From positions 1 to 64,000 of the IMG/VR virus record IMGVR_UViG_3300010158_000036: 64,000 bases of DNA; one strand, written 5' to 3'. Within the stretch, counting starts at the first letter, position 1. Every line of letters starts with the position of its first letter. This document shows positions 58,718 through 64,000 of this stretch, one piece after another. Position numbers and translations under genes: made by a program. The stretch comes from a virus. The notes below the pieces were generated by a model. It did no database searches. It had not been told where the DNA came from and was given only the letters and a program-made list of their open reading frames with translations.

Positions 58718-59053
58718 TTACAACAAGATATCAAATGACCAACCAGAGTCGGGTTGCATTCCTTGCTCAGACCATGCAACTCGCTTAATCCTAGGATCAA
58801 CATTTTCTTGTAGAAAAGTCAAGAGCTTATCATTAACTTCCTTTACAATTCCAGAATCTGTGTAGTGTTGCCAAATAGTTTTAGGCCCGAATAATTGAAG
58901 TCCATATGGTTGATTGCCATCACCTTCTTCATAATCAATCCAGGAGATATCATAATGAGTAACAAGGAATTCGCCTGTGCTATTACCCCCGCCCCCCCAA
59001 TAACTATCACCAGCACCGACAATGCTCACTTCATTTTGTAGTTTCTTATTCAT
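58718..59053 (-). CDS. Acidic hypothetical protein
   Basis: HYTDSG...WSEQGMQ motif seen in phage hypotheticals. Confidence 0.7.
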   Translation of the reverse strand: MNKKLQNEVSIVGAGDSYWGGGGNSTGEFLVTHYDISWIDYEEGDGNQPYGLQLFGPKTIWQHYTDSGIVKEVNDKLLTFLQENVDPRIKRVAWSEQGMQPDSGWSFDILL

Positions 59054-59056
59054 GAT

Positions 59057-59308
59057 TTAATCTAAAAATTTATCTTGACACAATTCTTTTACCATTACAG
59101 TATTCACAAATCTTTTGGGAAGAAGTTGAACTGCACAGACACCAAGACCCAAATCTTTTATTTGAAAATGGTGAATATTTCCCCGAAATTCTACAAATTC
59201 ATTCATCAGTAACCACTCCTTAGCAAGAGCTTTTGCTACTCGCAAGTTTCGACAATTATGTTTAAGAGCTTGCAACGGAATATCGTAATTACTAGTTTCC
59301 ATAATCAA
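59057..59308 (-). CDS. Hypothetical protein
   Basis: 83 aa, ATGA-coupled. Confidence 0.6.
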   Translation of the reverse strand: MIMETSNYDIPLQALKHNCRNLRVAKALAKEWLLMNEFVEFRGNIHHFQIKDLGLGVCAVQLLPKRFVNTVMVKELCQDKFLD

Positions 59309-59538
59309 AGTTTCGTAAACATTTCAAAACAACCACCAAATGCGCCAAAAGGAGTTTGATTAAAACTACTATTAATAGCACACCATTGCGTTGCGTAAAA
59401 CGGATTTTCTGCATTTGTATTTGATCCCACTAGAATCCATAAATCAGCATGGGATAGTTTGTGAAGTGTCCAGACTAGTGAACTTCCTGGATATTGAAAC
59501 TGATCCCCTTCTTTTAAGTCTTTTTGTAGTGTTTTCAT
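59305..59538 (-). CDS. Hypothetical protein
   Basis: Start re-called at MKTLQKDLKEGDQF (ATG 59538), ATGA-coupled to the upstream microprotein. Confidence 0.6.
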   Translation of the reverse strand: MKTLQKDLKEGDQFQYPGSSLVWTLHKLSHADLWILVGSNTNAENPFYATQWCAINSSFNQTPFGAFGGCFEMFTKL

Positions 59539-59606
59539 GATTGTGAGTAATAAGCATCCAACAGATCCCAAATTTCTTCCTCTGTAAGATCATCGTAATC
59601 GAACAT
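59535..59606 (-). CDS. 23-aa acidic microprotein
   Basis: MFDYDDLTEEEIWDLLDAYYSQS; its stop overlaps the next ATG. Confidence 0.55.
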   Translation of the reverse strand: MFDYDDLTEEEIWDLLDAYYSQS

Positions 59607-59635
59607 TGTATATCCTGTAGAGTTTGTTATATAGT

Positions 59636-59944
59636 TTAGGAGTTTGCGATTTCTTCCGGAGTAGCAATGTAAGTAAAAATTGAAGTGTCTGGCGCAGGCT
59701 CACCAGAATATTTGGCGGCTTTCTTGACGGATTTCAATTCGGCTTTAGAAACCAAGTTGGAATCGGTTACAGCATACTTACCGGGGCTCAACTTCTTGGA
59801 ATTACCCAAGAATAATTCCTTAACAATGCGACCGGGTACCTTAAATTCCTTAGCAGTCTTACAAATAAAGACTGGAGAAAATCCTAGTTCTGAATCCGGA
59901 AGGGATTTCATGTGGGTGATAAAGGTATTCAATTTCTTTTGCAT
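59636..59944 (-). CDS. Basic hypothetical early protein
   Basis: 102 aa, first gene after early promoter 5. Confidence 0.7.
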   Translation of the reverse strand: MQKKLNTFITHMKSLPDSELGFSPVFICKTAKEFKVPGRIVKELFLGNSKKLSPGKYAVTDSNLVSKAELKSVKKAAKYSGEPAPDTSIFTYIATPEEIANS

Positions 59945-59961
59945 TGTTGGAGCGGCTTGGG

Positions 59962-60014
59962 GGTTTCCTTACGGGCTCAATATACACCAATTCGACCTTC
60001 CTGTACACAAAAAA
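59962..60014 (-). promoter_or_regulatory. Early promoter cassette 5
   Basis: T6-GTGTACA (60008-60002), 17 bp, TATATT (59984-59979), leader GAGCCCGTAAGGAAACC. Palindrome AATCCTATTG AAAAT CAAGAGGTTA at 60049-60073. Confidence 0.8.
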
Positions 60015-60192
60015 GTACTAAAAAATGAAAATAATTTGGATTTCGAAGAATCCTATTGAAAATCAAGAGGTTATGGATAAAAAAGTCCATAATTATTCTT
60101 TGAGTTTGGAAGGAAACCAAGAGGAATTTAAGAGATTCTAAATGATTTTCAAGATTTTTTAAGTCTTAATAATTTCCTATGAAACTCAATTT

Positions 60193-60297
60193 ACATCCTG
60201 CAAGGATGTCCTTCGGAAATTCTTTTGTTTGAATTAAGTATTTTTAAATTCAATTTCTAAGAAGTTGGATTAATTCCTGAAAGGAATTCCCGAAGGG
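60193..60297. other. Cluster of GNA-triloop hairpins in non-coding DNA
   Basis: ACATCCT-GCA-AGGATGT (60193-60209) plus TCC-TTC-GGA; AATTCCT-GAA-AGGAATT (60272-60288) plus CCC-GAA-GGG (60289-60297). Confidence 0.75.
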
Positions 60298-60343
60298 TAA
60301 TCTTAGTTTTTAGTATTGATATTATTTAAAATATTTTTTAATT

Positions 60344-60412
60344 TATTTTCTATAGTAATTATAACAAACACTAAAACCCTTGTAAAGCAAAAAATGATGA
60401 AATGAGAAAATA
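60344..60412 (-). promoter_or_regulatory. Strong sigma70-type promoter with no adjacent ORF (twin of 8816-8885)
   Basis: TTTACA (60386-60381), 17 bp, TATAAT (60363-60358). Confidence 0.75.
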
Positions 60413-60492
60413 ATTATAATGAGTTCCAAGATAAAATTGCTGAAACCAGAAAAATACTAATTCCGGCAATTCTATTATATTTTATATTTATC

Positions 60493-61236
60493 TCACTCTA
60501 TTGTACGAAATTTCTTAACTATAAATTTTAGAATTTGTGATCTCACAATATCAGATTCATCAAATTCAAATGTAGTAATTCCATTTTCCAATGATTCAGT
60601 ATCGTTAAAAGTATTAAATACCTTTTCGAATCCACTATTTTTAATATCTGGTTGCATCTTGTCTCCTGCTAAAATTAATTTACTGTTCTCTCCTATGCGA
60701 CTCATTACAGTTAAAATTTCAGTTTTTTCTAGTTGTTGTGATTCATCCACTAATACAAACATATTATCCCACGTATGGCCTCTAGTGTGGTTAAGCGGCA
60801 TTGTATCAATAACTCCCGCTTTTTTTATTTTAAGAATATCACAATCTTCCACAATCTTGTTGATTAACTCAAACATGACTGCATTATATGGGGCCGTTTT
60901 CTCGGCTTCAGATCCTGGCAAAAACCCCATAGATTTAGAAGCACTTTCAACCATAGCTCTTACATATAGTAATTTTTCACAGGTTTTATTTTTAATCATA
61001 GTTAAAGCACAAAAAACACTCGTCCATGATTTTCCCGTACCAGCCGGGCCCTGAATTATAACAACCTTGATATTTGGATCATTAATAATTGCTATTAATT
61101 CTTTTTGTTTTTCTGTTAGTTTAAAACTGCGCTTCTTGAATTTAAAATCTAATTTATTGAAATTTTCAGTTAAGGCTGTTTCAACTTCTTTGAATTCAAC
61201 TCTTCTTGGTTTCTTCTCGCGTTTTACAGTTGCCAT
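60493..61236 (-). CDS. phoH: PhoH-like ATPase
   Basis: GPAGTGKS Walker A, MGFLPG..EK, RGHTW, DESQ, SRIGENSK and GDKMQ.D. Start re-called at MATVK (61236), 8 nt after TATAAATA 61245-61252. Confidence 0.95.
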   Translation of the reverse strand: MATVKREKKPRRVEFKEVETALTENFNKLDFKFKKRSFKLTEKQKELIAIINDPNIKVVIIQGPAGTGKSWTSVFCALTMIKNKTCEKLLYVRAMVESASKSMGFLPGSEAEKTAPYNAVMFELINKIVEDCDILKIKKAGVIDTMPLNHTRGHTWDNMFVLVDESQQLEKTEILTVMSRIGENSKLILAGDKMQPDIKNSGFEKVFNTFNDTESLENGITTFEFDESDIVRSQILKFIVKKFRTIE

Positions 61237-61244
61237 ATATGAAT

Positions 61245-61270
61245 TATTTATAACCCTATAATTATAAATA
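61245..61270. promoter_or_regulatory. Divergent late promoters for phoH and the DUF5856 gene
   Basis: TATAAATA on - (61245-61252) and on + (61263-61270). Confidence 0.75.
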
Positions 61271-61277
61271 GTTTCAT

Positions 61278-61637
61278 ATGAACCTACAATTATCACTATT
61301 CCTTGCCGTTCTTAACCAAATCCGAGTAGATCACTGGCAAACTAAAAGTTTCGCATCTCACATGGCTCTAGGAACTGCATATGATGAGCTTGATGATATC
61401 TTTGACGACTTTATTGAAAAGTTTTATGGGCGTGAAGATGTTTCAACAGAACAAGTACTATATTCTGTGGAAATTGAATCATATAGAGGAGATTCGGTAA
61501 CAAGATATATAAATCTCAAAAATACACTTCTTGAATATCTTTGCACTATTACGATGGATAAACCAGATTTAAAAAATATTCAAGATGAAATTGAAGGGAT
61601 TCTTAATCACTTGATTTATCGGTTGAGACAATCATAA
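61278..61637 (+). CDS. Ferritin/Dps-like protein (DUF5856 family)
   Basis: HWQTKSFASHMALG.AYD.L....DDFIE..YG...LKNIQDEI....N...YRL. Confidence 0.8.
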   Translation: MNLQLSLFLAVLNQIRVDHWQTKSFASHMALGTAYDELDDIFDDFIEKFYGREDVSTEQVLYSVEIESYRGDSVTRYINLKNTLLEYLCTITMDKPDLKNIQDEIEGILNHLIYRLRQS

Positions 61638-61654
61638 ACATAAAGGTATAAAAG

Positions 61655-61694
61655 GAAATCCCTGCCAAGCGAACTATAACTTGGCAGGGATTTC
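61655..61694. terminator. Hairpin between convergent genes (probable bidirectional terminator)
   Basis: GAAATCCCTGCCAAG / CTTGGCAGGGATTTC perfect 15-bp stem with a 10-nt loop. Confidence 0.85.
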
Positions 61695-61715
61695 GTTGGG
61701 GTTATCAGAATTAAT

Positions 61716-61976
61716 TTATTTACCATTTCCGATTATCAGCGCTTGTCTCCAAGAGAAATCGGAATGAAATACTTGTCCAGTGCCTGTTAGAGTACCTTCT
61801 TTGAATTGATACACAACTCCAGGTTGTAATGTAATCATCGGGGGACTATACAGGGCTGATGCTGTCAATTTTGCGTTGTTTTCTTTTGCCAAGGAGGAGG
61901 ATGCGCAATTCGACATTAGCAGAATCATTTCCGCCAGCACTAATAATTTGAGTACATTTCTGAATTTCATCTTCAA
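61716..61976 (-). CDS. Putative lipoprotein (o-spanin/Rz1-like)
   Basis: Basic N-terminus, hydrophobic stretch and lipobox-like LLMSN-C-ASS. Overlaps the upstream ORF by 131 bp in another frame. Confidence 0.5.
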   Translation of the reverse strand: MKMKFRNVLKLLVLAEMILLMSNCASSSLAKENNAKLTASALYSPPMITLQPGVVYQFKEGTLTGTGQVFHSDFSWRQALIIGNGK

Positions 61977-62073
61977 TTTTATCTAGTTCAGTTTCGAATT
62001 GCCACCTCGTCCATGCAGAATAAGCATTGCAAGCAGAAATGAGTGCCTGGAGAAATACATTCAGTGTATTCAT
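61846..62073 (-). CDS. Putative i-spanin/Rz-like protein
   Basis: Uncharged N-terminal segment followed by a charged helix; lies between the holin-like gene and the overlapping lipoprotein. Confidence 0.45.
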   Translation of the reverse strand: MNTLNVFLQALISACNAYSAWTRWQFETELDKIEDEIQKCTQIISAGGNDSANVELRILLLGKRKQRKIDSISPV

Positions 62074-62083
62074 TGTTATTCTG

Positions 62084-62299
62084 TTACTTTGGTGCGCCTG
62101 GGGTTGTTGGAGGCACTCCAGTGTCCTTGGCTTTCAGAATATTAAGTGCAAGAAAATCTAGCACGACATAAACTTTAGACCATGTTGAACCGGGTGCGGG
62201 TGTTGGCGAAATTGATGCCACGGCAGATGCGAGAGCAATAACTGCGGTTACGATGCCAAACCAGTTTTGTGATTGTAGATTTGATAGAATTTCTGTCAT
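62084..62299 (-). CDS. Holin-like membrane protein
   Basis: WFGIVTAVIALASAVASISPTP...SKVYVVLDFLALNILKAK. TATAAATA at 62339-62346. Confidence 0.6.
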   Translation of the reverse strand: MTEILSNLQSQNWFGIVTAVIALASAVASISPTPAPGSTWSKVYVVLDFLALNILKAKDTGVPPTTPGAPK

Positions 62300-62412
62300 A
62301 TTTTTATTTTGTTATGAGAATTGAATTATCCTCAATTCTATTTATATAAATTACCTAATAGTTTTGACAATATGTGAATAAAAGTGATGCTAATATATAA
62401 ATAAGAATAGAT

Positions 62413-62447
62413 GCTGATCGCGATGTTTGAACCATCCACCAGCTTTT
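62413..62447 (+). ncRNA. Candidate structured RNA element in the homing-endonuclease leader
   Basis: GCTGAT-CGC-GATG-[TTTGAAC]-CATC-C-ACCAGC-TTTT: a GC-rich island starting 10 nt after late promoter TATAAATA (62396-62403). Confidence 0.45.
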
Positions 62448-62549
62448 CACTAGCCAATTACAACTACTATGAAACAAGAAAAATATAATACAAAAGTATA
62501 TATACCCGAAGGTTTAACCTGTAAAAGCCCATACGTTTATTGGATTCAA

Positions 62550-62599
62550 CATATTCCATCTATGATATAACATAGATGGAATATCATAGATGGAATATG
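62550..62599. repeat. 19-bp perfect inverted repeat with nested 14-bp tandem duplication
   Basis: CATATTCCATCTATGATAT (62550-62568) aa CATAGATGGA ATATCATAGATGGAATATG (62581-62599). Confidence 0.9.
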
Positions 62600-62871
62600 A
62601 AAAGTCCACATGTGATTCTTCATTACACATGACAGAATCTGGTTATAAAACATCATCGGAATATGTTGAAGAATTAATAGAAAGAGATGGTTTGGCTTCT
62701 TTTAGAGTATTATGTATTCGACATTTTGCAACACCTAAAGAGGTTACTGATTATGAAAAGAAATTTCTTACCAAAGTAGATGCTAAGAATCACCTGAGAT
62801 ATATCAATAAGAATAACGGTTGGGGAGAACCACTCTCAGAATAAACTATAAGGAAAATGAGAGAGACCATC

Positions 62872-63156
62872 AATAATAAATCAGATGAAGAAAAAGCTAT
62901 CAGTAAACAAAAAGAACTTGATACAAAAAATAATAAATCTCCAGAAGAAAAAGCTATCAGTAAACAAAAAAGACTCGATACAAATAATAATAAATCACCA
63001 GAAGCAAAAGCGGCAAAAAAACAAAAAGAACTTGAAACCAAAAATAATAAAACTCCAGAAGAAAAAGCAGAAACTAGTAAAAAAATGAGGGATGCTAAGA
63101 TTAATAGAAATCCTGAAGAAAAAGCCGCATATGCTAAAAAACAGAGAGAGGCTAGA
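62872..63156 (+). repeat. Five 57-bp (19-aa) tandem repeats
   Basis: NNKSDEEKAISKQKELDTK / NNKSPEEKAISKQKRLDTN / NNKSPEAKAAKKQKELETK / NNKTPEEKAETSKKMRDAK / INRNPEEKAAYAKKQREAR. Confidence 0.9.
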
Positions 63157-63366
63157 AAAGATTTGAGATTCTATGACAAACCTGGAGAAAAATATAAGAT
63201 GTTCAAAGAACAACCAGAAGATACATCATGGGTTCTTAGATTAAATATAAAAGAATTAAAGGATCTTGGTTACCCATTATATGATCACCCAGATAAACAG
63301 TCCAAAAGGTTTCAATATCCACCAAAAGATCCAACTTGGATTCTTAGAAAATAAATGAATGGTTTT

Positions 63367-63579
63367 TCAATGTCCTAAACCTAAACACAACGGGCAATTA
63401 CAAGCAATGCTATTAGGACACCTATTCTGCCCACCAATGAATCCGGTACCGCTGCATAAGTCACATGATTTATGTTTGCAGTGCAATTCTACATTATCGC
63501 CGACGATTTCATTAAGTTGCCCTAGATGACGTACCGGAAGATGCGTCAGAAATTCTTTGTTATTTTGATTAGAGTCCAT
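63367..63579 (-). CDS. Small Cys-rich putative zinc-binding protein
   Basis: CKHKSCDLCSGTG...CPNSIACNCPLC. Confidence 0.7.
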   Translation of the reverse strand: MDSNQNNKEFLTHLPVRHLGQLNEIVGDNVELHCKHKSCDLCSGTGFIGGQNRCPNSIACNCPLCLGLGH

Positions 63580-63592
63580 ATAATTCTATTTA

Positions 63593-63940
63593 TCATTTGG
63601 ATGCGGCCCATAACAATCCAATGTTCGCCAAACAATAACACAACCATATGAAACTCCATGGATATTTCCCTTGTAGAAAATACGAAATCGCCACGATAAA
63701 ATACATTCCTGCAGAAATACCAACAGCTATTGTATTAATGGTTATCGGTGGTATCATCTCAAACTCCTTACTTAATTCACGATTCATCAAATTACACTTT
63801 GTAAGATAATCATTATCATCACTTCGGCACGAGCATTGAACAACCCGATTCATCTCAAATGAGTAATTACCTTTGGGTTTTCTAGGTCCTGCAATTACTG
63901 GAATTGATTCGATTTCCATTGCGTAGGGCTCAGGTTTCAT
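63593..63940 (-). CDS. Hypothetical membrane protein
   Basis: Two C-terminal hydrophobic helices ending WLCYCLANIGLL. Confidence 0.6.
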   Translation of the reverse strand: MKPEPYAMEIESIPVIAGPRKPKGNYSFEMNRVVQCSCRSDDNDYLTKCNLMNRELSKEFEMIPPITINTIAVGISAGMYFIVAISYFLQGKYPWSFIWLCYCLANIGLLWAASK

Positions 63941-64000
63941 GATCTTTATTTTGATATATTAATTGGATATGCAAAAGACATAAAGGAATGCAAGTTAGCC

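Larger units (their letters stand above)
62469..63354 (+). pseudogene. Disrupted GIY-YIG (Seg-like) homing endonuclease
   Basis: Fragment 1 (62469-62570) ends PYVYWIQHIPSMI*. The YIG region is replaced by an inverted duplication. Fragment 2 reads GYKTSSEYVEELIERDG..SF...YEKKFL.KVDA.....INKNNG. In-frame TAA at 62842-62844. Fragment 3 holds the repeat domain. Confidence 0.8.

Noticed and set aside
1763-61261. Numerous short plus-strand ORFs opposite minus-strand genes
   Set aside because: They lie fully antisense to well-supported genes, mostly use alternative starts and have no motifs.
62413-62447. tRNA or self-cleaving ribozyme
   Set aside because: Only a T-loop-like hairpin is present. I could not build a cloverleaf, hammerhead core or HDV-type pseudoknot by eye.
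47693-62844. Stop-codon reassignment as the explanation for in-frame stops
   Set aside because: The interrupting stops are mixed (one TGA, two TAA), all three stop codons end core genes, and long core ORFs are intact under the standard code.
62872-63156. 57-bp repeats as a CRISPR array
   Set aside because: They are in-frame coding repeats with no unique spacers.

Overview
This is a 64 kb segment of a large, AT-rich T4-like myovirus genome. Bases 1-15 kb hold a mosaic tail-fibre/adhesin region (BspA-type LRR, YadA-head plus collagen, tail-collar plus RCC1, cadherin-like) with an M15 endolysin, a sulfotransferase and a glycosyltransferase-like gene. Bases 15-40 kb hold the baseplate/tail module: DUF4815/VrlC-like, gp8, gp7, gp6, gp25, a split gp5 with CHAP instead of lysozyme, gp27-like, gp53, gp48, gp4, gp2, gp54/19-like, gp26, gp51 and tape measure. 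Bases 40-48 kb hold gp32, gp59, gp33, a histidine phosphatase and an NAD-dependent ligase. Bases 48-60 kb are an early accessory region of small ORFs driven by a repeated sigma70-type promoter cassette and carrying many small gene-breaking lesions. Bases 60-64 kb hold PhoH, DUF5856, a holin/spanin-like cassette and a disrupted GIY-YIG homing endonuclease. Best leads: (1) a T TTT TTC -1 slippery site joining gp26 to a gp51-like frame that lacks a start codon at its conserved 5' end, just upstream of the tape measure gene (lambda G/GT-like); (2) two near-identical strong promoters 51 kb apart that fire into ORF-free DNA rich in GNA-triloop hairpins (candidate R-loop origins or ncRNAs); (3) an early-promoter cassette with an upstream 25-bp palindrome and a downstream GTAAGG leader; (4) a late-expressed ADP-ribosyltransferase-like protein with a capsid-targeting-like N-terminus; (5) essentially leaderless late mRNAs; (6) templated-inversion scars, one of which replaces the homing endonuclease YIG motif. 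I found no tRNA, CRISPR array, reverse transcriptase or stop-codon recoding. All family assignments come from motif recognition by eye, not database searches.
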